Below, in pieces: positions 24,501-34,722 of a DNA stretch of 64,000 nucleotides (positions are counted from its first letter, which is position 1; each line of letters opens with the position of its first letter). Below the pieces are notes generated by a model that had not been told where the DNA came from, searched no databases, and was given only the letters and a program-made list of their open reading frames with translations. Source of the stretch: Sphaerodactylus townsendi (taxonomy: Eukaryota); the NCBI RefSeq assembly GCF_021028975.2, contig NC_059437.1, forward strand, positions 32,116,001 through 32,180,000. Direction: 5' to 3'. The position numbers and the translations under genes are program-made.

Positions 24501-26125
24501 TTTGGTAAGCCAATCTTCAGGTTAAGATGCCTGTACCTCTTGAACATAAGACTGCTAGCCAAGGGGCAACTTACTGCTTTCAGAGGAGTTTACTGTTTCA
24601 GGTCGGGATGCCTCTGACCTTCGGGCTCGCTCACTCCTCTTCTGCCCCTGGAAAACACCAATGAATTGTCAGACTAGCAAAAGACACGTGGCCTAGAGAA
24701 ACCCTAAAACTCCCATTATTTACTGAGCACCCAGGGATACTGAGCTCTGTACAAAATGGTACATAAGCCCAGCCCACAAGTTCATGATCTAAACCATGAA
24801 CAGGAAAGGAATAGGAGGACAAGAGGCAGTGCAGATGCGACACAGAGTACAGCGGATGGGAGGATTGGCTTTTCTGAAGGAGTCACACATGGGCAGGGAA
24901 TTGAGGGAAGAGTCTTCGCAGAGAGACTCGCGTTCACTTGTGCCGCCTTCTTCCTTACCTTTTCAACTGGTTGCTCACTTCCTTTTGCACCAGCACCTTC
25001 CCCTGCAAGAGAAGAATGAGAGAGACCCAAAAGCTGGCAATTAAAGATATCTCAGAACTGTGGACAAGGGAGATGCAACAAGTCTTCTCCAAAAGCACAG
25101 CAAATGGTGCAGCTGATGGCATCCTCCCCCATCCCCTTCCCCCACAGTTTGCCACCAGGAACGGAGGGGCCACACTCTAAAAAAAGCTTCTCTTATTCAT
25201 ACCCACCTGGAAGGGATGGTGACTGTGCTGCCTCTTGTGCTTTGGACTTGGCAGGGTCTTTCTGGCAAGTGCTACTTTCCTTCTCTGCTTCAGCGGGACT
25301 CTCTCCCACTGGCTCAGGAGCTGGATCAGGAGTACTATTGGGGACTAGCTCCTTGCCCTCCTCTACGGATGGTTCCTCCTTCCACAACGGGGAACTTTTC
25401 CTTGGGGCTTTTAACCGGGCCTTCTTAGCTAGCCGTTGATTTCCCGGTGAGCCGATAGGTGAGGCTGTTAGTTCTCGTGATGGTGCAGTGTTGTTCACCT
25501 CTACCACCTCAGGTGATTCTGTGGCATGGTTTTCAGGGAGGGAAATTGCACTCTCCAGACGCTCCTCTTTTGGGTCTTCATGTTCAGTTTTGCACAAAAC
25601 TTCCTCTTTCCAAACTTCCGGCACCAGGGCTTCCATTCCTGGTGGTGAAGGATCCCCAGTCTCATCTACCGGGTCTACAGGCCCACCTGCCTTGTACAAG
25701 CTGTCCAGGTCCTCTGACTTGACCACCAACCCCTCTGACTTAACCACCAGCCCCTCTGACTTAACTATCAGCTCCTCTGACTTGACCACCAGCTCCTCTT
25801 CTTTGCTCAAGACATCCAGCATGCCAGGCTTCTCTAAGATATCCAAAGGATCAGATTTATCCAGTCCCAGGCTATTGGATTTACTTAGGTCTGACAAGCC
25901 TTCAGCTTTCACTAAGTCCAGGTGCAAGTCACTGTCTGAAGTTGCTTGCTTGGGAGCTTCCCATTCCATTTCTTGGGGCTGAAGAGCTGCAGCTTGTGGG
26001 ACAGAGGCTGTCTGGGAAGCCAGCAGATCTTCTCCAAATTCCATTTCTGCAGGGAGGTCACCTATTAGGGGCTTATCAGGCAGAGACAGTGGCCCCAAAG
26101 AGCCGGGAAATTCACTGGGATCCAT
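6309..26125 (-). CDS. ZMYM3: Zinc finger MYM-type protein 3, 24 coding exons, 4338 nt, about 1445 aa
   Basis: N-terminus MDPSEFPGSLGPLSLPDKPL..MEFGEDLL; tandem MYM/TRASH fingers (CxxC...FCS/FCN); Pro-Val-rich PIPVPIFVPVP; C-terminal DUF3504 region. Exons 26125-25207, 25002-24959, 24647-24575, 23646-23355, 23126-22949, 22050-21838, 21393-21243, 20803-20688, 19468-19382, 19081-18931, 18460-18288, 17406-17241, 15776-15718, 15475-15316, 14119-14004, 13916-13742, 13206-13060, 11222-11119, 10026-9858, 9738-9587, 8465-8348, 7457-7203, 7118-7001, 6510-6309. All introns are GT-AG and phases are consistent. Confidence 0.97.
7001..7118 (-). CDS. ZMYM3: ZMYM3 coding exon 23
   Basis: DSGLGKRKREEE...ENRMNPLRCPVKFYEFYLSK. 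Confidence 0.95.
7203..7457 (-). CDS. ZMYM3: ZMYM3 coding exon 22
   Basis: [37 protein letters not shown]. Confidence 0.95.
8348..8465 (-). CDS. ZMYM3: ZMYM3 coding exon 21
   Basis: YLLENNRMVNIFTDLYYLTFVQELNKILSGWQP. Confidence 0.95.
8643..9469. mobile_element. Non-autonomous hAT-type DNA transposon, GC-rich, in a ZMYM3 intron
   Basis: TIRs cagtggtgggattc / gaatcgcatctctg; 8-bp TSD gttgaggt / gttgagct; internal inverted repeat at about 9075-9090 and 9272-9297. Confidence 0.8.
9587..9738 (-). CDS. ZMYM3: ZMYM3 coding exon 20
   Basis: PKPMRIKEDILAC...RPNGERYEPDSIYYLCLGIQQ. Confidence 0.95.
9858..10026 (-). CDS. ZMYM3: ZMYM3 coding exon 19
   Basis: GQKRLVLSESCSRDSMSSQPSC...YGVNAWKSWV. Confidence 0.95.
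11119..11222 (-). CDS. ZMYM3: ZMYM3 coding exon 18
   Basis: NPLDINPSVDFLFDCGLVGPEDVSTDQDLPRAIRK. Confidence 0.95.
11385..11530. mobile_element. Palindromic hAT-type MITE
   Basis: Near-perfect 146-nt palindrome with the actacaattcccat core; 8-bp TSD acctagac. Confidence 0.9.
12176..12309. mobile_element. Palindromic hAT-type MITE nested in an older SINE remnant
   Basis: caggggtgtccaactc...gagttggacacccctg; 8-bp TSD ctctaacc. Confidence 0.9.
13060..13206 (-). CDS. ZMYM3: ZMYM3 coding exon 17
   Basis: DLVSNQSAEGLLEDCDLFG...DLEADFPK. Confidence 0.95.
13742..13916 (-). CDS. ZMYM3: ZMYM3 coding exon 16
   Basis: VPVPMFLPTTLESTEKIVETIEELKVKIPSNPLEADILAMAEMIAE. Confidence 0.95.
14004..14119 (-). 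CDS. ZMYM3: ZMYM3 coding exon 15
   Basis: EADWKPQVVVLPIPVPIFVPVPMNMYCQKIPVPFSMPVP. Confidence 0.95.
14590..14805 (+). mobile_element. 5'-truncated Squam3-like SINE
   Basis: gctgggtgaccttgggc...cctcacagggtgttt...ggtataaatccaaactcttcttc. Confidence 0.65.
15316..15475 (-). CDS. ZMYM3: ZMYM3 coding exon 14
   Basis: VPAKNT...TPRKNKAAMCKPLMQNRGVSCKIEMKSKSCQT. Confidence 0.92.
15718..15776 (-). CDS. ZMYM3: ZMYM3 coding exon 13
   Basis: NQTPEPKQPSSTQPKPETNT; tttcag acceptor, gtgagt donor; restores the phase. Confidence 0.85.
17241..17406 (-). CDS. ZMYM3: ZMYM3 coding exon 12
   Basis: VARCHACKRQGKLLETIHWRGQIKHFCNQQCLLRFYNQQNQPNLDTQKGPESLLN. Confidence 0.95.
17564..17846 (-). mobile_element. tRNA-derived squamate SINE (Squam3-like)
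   Basis: Minus strand has A/B-box head (tggcatagtgattaag...ggtttgattccc) and an aaactcctcttc tail; same family as 42189-42461, 60594-61001 and 14590-14805. Confidence 0.75.
18288..18460 (-). CDS. ZMYM3: ZMYM3 coding exon 11
   Basis: GCVLLYKQDFTKNLGLCCITCTYC...FCSEDCKSKYLLWYFK. Confidence 0.95.
18931..19081 (-). CDS. ZMYM3: ZMYM3 coding exon 10
   Basis: DKIYQFCCRDCCEDFKRLRGVVSQCEYC...FCSE. Confidence 0.95.
19382..19468 (-). CDS. ZMYM3: ZMYM3 coding exon 9
   Basis: RTSPEGGIHLTCHSCHNLFTGKPEILDWQ. Confidence 0.95.
20688..20803 (-). CDS. ZMYM3: ZMYM3 coding exon 8
   Basis: GPPRPCNLCRKSLSEPCYY...FCSPSCWTKFQ. Confidence 0.95.
21243..21393 (-). CDS. ZMYM3: ZMYM3 coding exon 7
   Basis: KNTRVYPCMWCKTLCKNFDML...FCSICCTTSYKVKQAGLT. 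Confidence 0.95.
21838..22050 (-). CDS. ZMYM3: ZMYM3 coding exon 6
   Basis: IQHEVSNGNVVHRICSDACF...FCNTTCLNSYKK. Confidence 0.95.
22949..23126 (-). CDS. ZMYM3: ZMYM3 coding exon 5
   Basis: EIWNTKESVVAQVGSGSSFHEFCTSVCL...CSVCYKAGE. Confidence 0.95.
23355..23646 (-). CDS. ZMYM3: ZMYM3 coding exon 4
   Basis: IPVSDEDSDAMVDDPNDEDFVPF...[26 protein letters not shown]...CTFCK. Confidence 0.95.
24575..24647 (-). CDS. ZMYM3: ZMYM3 coding exon 3 (alternative start 24641)
   Basis: (GQ)KRSERARRSEASRPETVNSSES; gtaagt donor. Confidence 0.88.
24959..25002 (-). CDS. ZMYM3: ZMYM3 coding exon 2
   Basis: GEGAGAKGSEQPVEK; ttgcag acceptor, gtaagg donor. Confidence 0.88.
25207..26125 (-). CDS. ZMYM3: ZMYM3 coding exon 1
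   Basis: MDPSEFPG...QSPSLP; acceptor at 26143-44 (exon starts 26142); donor CCAG|gtgggt. Confidence 0.92.
25711..25799 (-). repeat. 21-nt coding tandem repeat, 4 copies, encoding (E-E/G-L-V/I-V-K-S)x4
   Basis: cctctgacttRacYaYcaRcY units at 25711, 25732, 25753 and 25774. Confidence 0.9.
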
Positions 26126-29100
26126 TCAGAAATAGCCAGTAACTAGGAAACAGAAACAGGAAATAACATCAGCATGCTCAGCTAATTAACACCACTCTGC
26201 TGACAGAACACGAACTTGGAGGAAATCACCTGCCAGAATTAGTGAGTCACCCTGAACCCAACCTAAATTCACAGATGGAACTCAAGTGTTAAATCTATTA
26301 CTTTGAACCCAAACTGGAATGAAATCCCTAATTAGAGGCAGAGAAGAAGCTGGATATAATTTCTGCAGTCTAGTTCCAAAGGAAATAGCTTCAGAGCTCA
26401 AGAGATTCTTCTGAGAATACTGGGATCCCTCCCCACTGTACCTGCATCCCAAACTGAACCAGGGTTTTTAAAAAATGTGTTCGGAGCAATTTCAGATGTG
26501 TAAATCTCAAATGTGCAAGGTAGCTGTGGTCTTAGCACATTCCAGATGCAGTCTTTGGTCATTAACAAGGTAGTTCCTGCATCAACATAGTACGTAGAAA
26601 GCCCAAATGGTTCTTGAGAGGTAACAAAAAAGCCTATTCACTAAGCTGCCTTTGTATGAGTTAGGAAAGATTAGTTTTCAGTCTCCTCACCTGCTTCACT
26701 TTGGTCTCGTTTGAATAGTGTTTAAGGGGCGCGTGTGTGTGTGTGGGGGGGGGGGGGCGGGCTAGAAGGACCACAAACTCTGACCTTGCTTCAGATGTAG
26801 GTGATACTTGCCCCATCTCATAAAAAACACAGACAACTATCACGATATTATTGGTCTGACTAAACTTTCATTTGACAGTTAATTGGACAGGCGTTAATTG
26901 GGAACCACAGTTTCACACATGGGAATAATAGTGATCTATTTTGGAGAGACAAATGTAACAAAGGTTCAGTTATATGCTTTGCATTTTCTGGTCAACATTT
27001 GTCTCAGTGAGGCTTCCCAAGTGAAGAGTTCTGTTTGCACCTCCTTGCAGAACAAATACAGTACTGTCCTCTCCTAGGTTTGAGGACTAGGTGGAACTGT
27101 GTAGATCTGGGCAGTATTCTCAACTCCAATTGTAAAATTGCCCATCTGACCCTTATGCTGTGCACCCTGAGTAACAGTCCAGGCCTCTTCACAGAATCCA
27201 GTCCTACGGACCTCTCCCCCAAGGCCACAGCACTATCATTTCCAATGGATCCTGGTATGCCAGGCAGAGTTGAGAACACACAACTACATAACTGCCAGAT
27301 ACACACTAGCAGCAAAAACTTGGGGAACAAAGTTATGCTACCTATACAAAGGATAGCAAGTGGTAACTGTGGGGAAGCGTGCCCCAGCAGAATCTCTCAG
27401 TTTGAGGCCTCTGAATGCACGAAGGGGCCCCTTGTGGAAGCTGCATAGAATGCAGTGCAAAATGATAGAAATCGGGAAAATAAAAGGGATCCAAATATAT
27501 TGCAATTACCTGCTTTTCTTCTATTACCTGATGCTTGCAATATTTTTAAAAAATCTTTTGAGAACAAGATTATATAGTTCTGAGAAACTTGCTCCTAACT
27601 GCACCATGTCAAACTCTTTTGCTTCACTCCACAGAAGCACCTGTCTACCCCCTTAGTCTTTCACTGCAGGAACATGTTATGGGCTGTCCTTTGCACCTTC
27701 AAGAAACTCTCCTTCCCTCGCAGGAATGGACAACAGGCCACTCCTGTCTCAGCCTCCATAATAAAACAAATCTTTTCTTCACATCCCACTCCATTTAGCA
27801 ACACATTCAAGTGAAGTCTTCTTGTTCTCCTCATTTTGTCCTGCACACCTCCAATATAACCTGCAGGCCCACTAGCACCCACTCATTTTCATAGACAGCA
27901 ATCTTATGCAGATTTACTCCAATTGCAAACCATTCACTTTAATGAGCTTAGATGGGAATAAGTTTGCACAGGATGGCATAGTAAGCGTCCAATTTAGTCC
28001 ATCACTAATTCTACATGGGAAGGGAGCATTTTCTCGAGGGTAACAAATGTCAATCTGCTGAACAGGCTAAAGGGTGGCGTTACCAAACTCTACATAAAGA
28101 CCAATGTTGTTGTCACAGTTAGAAAACAGATGACATCTAAGCCACTTGCTTCTTCTCTAGCTAAGGATATCAGAGTACCCATTTGTAGAACAAAGATCAG
28201 ATTCAGACAGTCCTCCATGGGCAGACCTGACAGCAGGTGGAATCGATACCAGCCATTATCCACTGGGTGGTGCCAAGTGAAGGAAGCTAAAAGTTTAAGC
28301 TGTCTCCTACTCAGGATTGCGTCAAAAGATTCCCCAGCACTGTAGAAAGACTGCCCAGAGGTTTGTGAACAACTATAAGTAAACATTTCTCTTGCAAGAT
28401 ATACCCTGACCTGACACAGCAGAGGCCATTTGTCTCCTTCCACTGGCAAGCGCTTGGAGGATCCCTCCTTGGGGAATGCCAAAATTAGCTGTGCCAGCAG
28501 CAGGGTACTCCCTCGAAGGAGTTAATAGTGTGAAGCCAAGACTCTTGGCCTGGCAAAGCTCAGACTCTAATCCTTGTCCTTTCTCTTTAGGATTGCTTCC
28601 TAGTGCAATCCAGATATCACTGCAGGACCTCCATCCTCTCTTCCTGAAGGTAATGCCTGACCTTGTTCAAGTCATTAGCTCTTTCTCTTTCTGAAAGGGT
28701 ATGCATGCACCCTCCTTGAGAGACTCCTCTGGATTTAATATTATCATTGCAGACTACCCTTCCAACCACAGAAAATGACACTTAAATTGGACTGTCTTCT
28801 CCCATTACCTTTTCCGCTTCCTACAGGATCCCCCCACCATTTCCTTGTCCAAATCTACCTCCTTTCAAACCACTTGCCCCCACCACCACCTTGATTAATT
28901 TCAAACAAACAGCTCCTTTATGTTCAGCAAATGCCTCCAACAGAGACTCCCCCTCAATTATTGCAGGCTTTTGTCTCTCGTCTGTTCTCCCTGTGTGAGC
29001 CAAGGTTGGGCTCCCCAAGGAGCTCCTCTGCTGCCTTCGCAGCAAGTACCTGCAGGATTCCCTAACCCTGCTCATGCTCCCTCCCTGCCAAGATATCAGA

Positions 29101-29179
29101 CCAGTTCTAGCCCGGATCTCGGGAGCTCCTCCCCCTTCACAGCAAGTACCTGCAGCATCAGACCCCACAGGCTACAGAG

Positions 29180-30700
29180 CGGACGATGCAACGGCGCCAG
29201 CGAGCCTGGCCCAACCCTGGAGCGCCACCCCATTAGAGACAATCGCCCGTCGACTACCTCTGGATCAATCCGTTCGGAACTAAGACTTGGAACGTGGCCC
29301 AACTCCACCCCCTTCCCTCCAAGTGCCTGCAGGATCCTTGCCTCCAATCCACCAACAGGCCCCGCCCACCAGCCCCCCCGCAAACAGGCCCCGCCCCTCT
29401 CGGTCCGGGGATGCCTCCTGCGCCCCTCCCCCCCGCCAGACCCACGATGGCCGCCCCCCACCAGAGCCCGCAGCCCCGCCCGGCCCTCACCTGCCTCGCC
29501 TCTTCCCCACCCCCTCCGAGTGTAAGGCTCCACCGCTGAACCCCTGGCCCACCTACTCCCCTCATTTCCACTTCCCCAGCCCTCCCCCCACCCAGTACAG
29601 ACCCCCCGCCCACCCGAGGTTTGGTTCGGTCGCGGCTTGACGGCGGCCCCTTTAAATGGAGGCGCCGCTCGGAGCCCTCAGCGCGCCGCAGTCCGAGCAA
29701 GGGGGGAGGTCGGGGAGGGTGTCCATTGGTTGCGGCCGAGCAAGGGCGGCACGGTGATTGGCTACCAGCGGTTGGGACCTACTGTCTCATAGGCTGTGCA
29801 GGGGCCCGGACTCGCGAGACTCGCCGCGGCTCCTCTGCTGGCTGCAAAACCTGGCCAGGAATCCATGGGTGACGGATCGGGAAAGGGAGGCAGAAAACGC
29901 GGAGTGGGGAGTATGGATTCGGAGTTCCACCGGGTGGGGTGAGGGAAGTGGGGCCAGGGGGCATGAGTGGGGGGGGGGGATCTGCACTTCCCTTCCTCCA
30001 CTCCCAGGTTTGCCTTTACATTCCGGGGAGCATTCAAGGGGGAAAGGTGATTCACCCCCCCCCCCCCGAATCCGTGCCCCCTCCCGGGGCCGCCGTCCCT
30101 TCACCTGTCTACTCACCGATGTGGGGCGCGCCCCGAGGGTCTCCCTCAGCAGCTGCAGCGACGGGAGAAAACAAGCGGGCAAGCGCTCGGCCGAACGGGG
30201 CGGACACGGGGCACGGGCACCGCCCCCGGACGGCGCGGGATGGAGGGGCCGCCCCAAGACCCCCGGCAGGCTGGGAGGAAGGAGCAGCCCCCCTCGCAGC
30301 GCCCCCGCCTAGGAAGGCGCCGCCGCCCCTCCCTCTGCAGGGAGGGGGCTGCCCCACGGTGGAGCTCTTCCAAACCCACCCTCTCCCTCCCGCCCCACAT
30401 CTCCCCTCCCCTCTTTAGAAATGCTCCAAAGCGTTCATGCTTACTTCCAATACCCCCTCAGCAAGCCTAATCTGCATCACACAGGAGAATCCACACTCGC
30501 ATTCACACGTACACGCGTCGCAACACCCCTCCCCCGACTGTTTTTTTCTGACCAAGCACACGCGCGGGAATCTTTGCTCTTCCTATGCACAGAGTCCCTC
30601 CTCCTGCCACTGCCTGTCTGGGATCTTACCCTTCGCAACAGCCTCTTCTCCCGAAGATCCTCCGGGAGCCCCCGGTCGCCATCACCCACCACGCCAGGAA
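29180..30700 (-). promoter_or_regulatory. ZMYM3: CpG island / ZMYM3 promoter region with candidate non-coding first exons
   Basis: High CpG density. Minus-strand CCAAT boxes at 29725-29729 and 29757-29761, TTTAAA at 29651-29656. Donor sites CAG|gtgagg (exon end 29491) and TCG|gtgagt (exon end 30117). Confidence 0.75.
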
Positions 30701-31459
30701 TTGCACCCAAGCCTCTTCCTCCCATACACGTGACTCTTGGAGGGCCCCCCCACCCCTTGCAGTGCCTGCTTGTTCACCAGGGTGGGAAGCAGAGAAGAGA
30801 CCTCTGGAGACCGATCTGTTGTGCGTTCCAGCCGGCCCAATGCAGAGATTGCATTGGAGTCAAAGAAGCAGGGGATGCAAATAAGCGGAGGGGGGGGGGG
30901 GGCTTATGAAAATGCCTCTCATGCCTCCTGAGCACCCACACTTCCAGAAGCCCTTGCTTCGCCAAACATTTGCCCTCCTGAAGTTACAGGGCCCCAATCG
31001 CCACTGTTTTCCAGCAACCAGTATGGGCTCTTTCAGCTCCCTCCCCCACATTGCAGCACACACACCGGTGACCAGAAATGGGGCATGCTGTTCCACAGAA
31101 TGGAGGCTTTTTCCCTTTTGCTTCTTACAGTTCCAGACTGGTGATGAAAATGCAGCCCAGATTCAGATTTTCTTGCAGAGGTTCTTGCCACCTTAAAATA
31201 CATTCATTCACAGGGTTATTTGGGCAACCTTTTTGGACAAAGGGATGACAGACAGCATCCACCAGTAAAGATGTTGGGGGGCTGGCAAATGGGGTTGGTG
31301 GGAATTGTAGTTAGATGGATATACTGGGAACAAGCCAAGTCCCAGCAGCTCTACCTGTGCTTCAGGACATTGCCTCAGTTGCTTGGGCAAAGAACAAGCC
31401 CCGTGCGCCAAGCAACACTGCTGTGCCACTGTTGGACATAAAAATGTATGTGGAGTGTT

Positions 31460-31568
31460 CAGAAGATGCCAGCCACAGATACAGGCGAAACGTCAGGAGA
31501 AAATGCTACTGGAACACGGCTATACAGCCCGGAAACCCCACAACACTCCAGTGATTCCGGCCGTGAAA
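31460..31568 (+). mobile_element. Penelope-like retroelement terminal fragment
   Basis: gaagatgccagccacagatacaggcgaaacgtcaggaga...cagcccggaaaccc; the same motif appears as an inverted pair at 62690-62890. The family name is from recall. Confidence 0.5.
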
Positions 31569-34504
31569 TGTATGTGGTTCTTCTTCCTCTTTTAAACTTA
31601 TAAGAGCCCTATGAGGTAGGCTTAGCTGAACGGAAATGATTGGCCCAAGTTTAGCAGGTGAGCTTTGTGACAGGGCTGGAATTTGAACTCAGCTCTCCAT
31701 CACTAGCAAGACCAATTGGACACCTGGTACTTATTTGTCCAGCTTATGTGTTCGAAGTGAGAGATGGCCACCCCTAAAGAGGATTTTTCTACCAGAGGAG
31801 TAAAGCTACAGAGAAGTAAGCTATATGTGACTCCTTTATTTTATTCTAATGATTTCTTTGCTTGACACCTGGATGAAAAGTCTTCCTCCCTCCACGGAAA
31901 CTGCCTCTTCCCTTCTTATTAGCATTTTTCAGGGCAGGTATAATGGTGGGGTGGAGAGCCGCATGGCTTTATTTATAAATAGGATGTGTTCATTTTCCTT
32001 CCTTCCTTCCCTCACTGATGCTTATTGACCGTTCCTCCTGCTAGTGTGTTCTGTGTTAACTGTTTTGTGTACATATTTATGTTTGTTTTTAATCTTGTTT
32101 TAACGTTTTTAGAGATCACTACCTTAGCAATCCGGAGTTGGGTGGAAAAGCAGCTTAGAAGTTTCTAAAATAAAACAAATAGAAACATACAAGAAGCCCA
32201 CAACATCAGTGGCAAGAAAGGGGCTTTCCTAGAATAAAAGGAAGGAAGGAGACCCCCATCCTTGGCTTCCCCATCCCTTTTCAGGTTGTGGCAACCTGAG
32301 CCCTGTGATCCCATCAAAAAAAGCATGCCCTTACTTAGCTGGGGTTTTTTTCATAGTGGTCTGTCCAGTATCTTCCCCGAATGCTTGTATTTGGTAATTT
32401 ATCTGCCATCTACATATTAATTTCAGACAAGTACTGATACCTCAGACAACCTTTTAAAAAAATGTTGAGAGGCCATTCCATTTTAATGACTCTATCTACA
32501 ACCCAGATAATCTTTTCACAACATCCAAAATTACAACTTTGTCCTTTAAAACATCATATGCCCTTGATTATACATTTCAGAGAGGCAATATTATTTTTCT
32601 GGATATAGAGGCAGTAAGGCAAATAAACTGAACTGTTGACTTTTTCATACTTTCCCTGGCAGATCTTAACGTTTTGTCTGCTTTTTAGAGATAAAAAATA
32701 AATAAGAATCTAATTGTTAAACCCAGCTCTCAACTTTCAGAACCCTTCCTGTTTTTCAAAGATCTGGTTTAAAAGTCTTAATCATGCAAGTATGCATTCC
32801 ATGATCCCCAGTCACCTATGTATCTTTCTCAGGTGAACCTGTCTCACAGGATTGTGTTGAGAATAAACTGGACAAGGGAAAACCTATAAAAGCCACTTTG
32901 AGCTCCTTGTTGGAAGGGTGGGATAAAAATACACTTAAGCTTGCGTTTTTTACAATTCTGCGTGGAAAAAATTACTCAAACCCCTTTTGACTGGCCTAGA
33001 TAGCATTGCGGATGCTGCCAAAACCTTGTTCTTGTTAGACAGCAACTCAATTTCAATATTTGAACCTACGGCCATATTTCTGCGTGTCGTTGTCACCACA
33101 CATTCTCAATGTTTTGTTAAACAAAATTCTTACTTTTTAATGGTTTTATTTAATGTTTTTAATTTTTATATTCCTGAACCTATTGTGTACTACTTTTTGA
33201 AATGCCATTAAAGGTTTCAGTTCAGTTCAAATACACTTAAGCAAATTACTCCTGTTGTCTGACCTTGGCCCAGGCCTGTTGTCTTGGCCTAACCTACTCA
33301 ACAGGGGTGTTGTGAAGATTTAAAAGGGCAGAATCATGCCTAAGGGAAGGGCTGGCTAAAAATGTTGATACGAAGATTAATGGACACCCATCAGCGGTTG
33401 CAGCATGATGCACACTTACACAAATCAGTGCCACTGAATATTATTATTATTAATTAATTTAATATACCGCCCACCCGCGAAGGGCGAAGGGCGGTGTACA
33501 ACATTAAAAGAAAACACAACCAAGATCAGAAAGTGTGAGCTACAAGCAGGCTAGTTCAAATCTGTGCTCTCCTGGAAAGACTATATTGTTGAACGTATGA
33601 AACTGCCTTACACTCAGACCCCTGTTCTACTAAGGTCAGTCTTTCCCTCTCTGACTGGGGGTGGCTTTCCAGGGTCTCAGGAAGAGATTTTTCACGTCAC
33701 CTACTTATTGGGCTTCATAACTGGAAATGCCTGGGATTGAGCCTGGGATCTTCCACTGAACCCACAGCCCCTGCCCTCACCTTGTCCTCTCTGTTCCCCA
33801 TCTGTCTAATGCTCTGGAGAATTGAAAGCTAGATGGAGCAAGTGGTTCATCTTGGCATAAGGCAGTGTTAGTCATATGTTCATAGTGCGTGGATAATCCT
33901 GTCTTTCCTACAAGGTTGTTGTACAGTGTCACACTGGGATGGCTCTTGAGTTTAGTCTGAGCTTCTTAACAGCTTTGCTCTAGTGATTCTCTTAGTTTCC
34001 ATACAGTATTTTGTAAGACTGCACATCTTTTCTGAGAATATCAGAAATGGGCAAAGCTTTGGTTTAAGAGAAGCAACTCTACCACCCCAAAAGTCTTCTG
34101 AACCAAGTATGCTCTAGGTGTGATCTGCTTACATGGGTCAATAGTGAGGGCAAAGGAACTAGCCAGACTCCCTCTGCCCTGGTGTATAGCAGGCCTCGGT
34201 ACCCCCTGCAATGTGTAGTGTTTCTGTTGCAAATGTTCAGAGATAGGCATGAAGAATTGAAAAGAGTCAGTCTTTACATGGAATTTGGTGGGTGAATACA
34301 CCGTGTACAACACAGGCACTTTGTGAGAAAGCTCATGTCTGTGTGGAGTTGGGAACTGATTGGGGGTGGGGTAGAAGCTATTTGAAGGAAGTGCTTCTGG
34401 TGATCAAGTGAGATGTTCATTGCTAGTTGGGAAGAAGGCATGAGAGAGGCTATCACTACCATATATCCTCTGCAGGCTCAACCTGTAAAATGGGGTACAA
34501 GTAG

Positions 34505-34722
34505 TGTTGTCAGCTCTGGATTGGGAAACACCTAGAGATATTGAGGCTGGAATCTAGGGAGGGCAGGGTTTGGGGTGGGGTGGGGAGGGACCTAGGCAGA
34601 GTATGATGCTGTAGAGTCTACCCTCCAAAGCAGCCACTTTCTCCGGGGGGAATTATTTTAGTTGTCTGGAGGTCAATCGCAATAGCAGGCGATCTCCAGG
34701 TACAACCTGGAGATTGGCACCT
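34505..34722. mobile_element. Short interspersed repeat, probably a non-autonomous DNA element
   Basis: gttgtcagctctggattgggaa...ctccaaagcagcc...ctggagattggcacc; related copies at about 11875-12012 and 12418-12630. Confidence 0.55.

Noticed and set aside
28800-31200. Many overlapping Pro/Gly/Arg-rich ORFs of 100-200 aa
   Set aside because: Expected in a GC-rich CpG island with few stop codons; no domain signatures.
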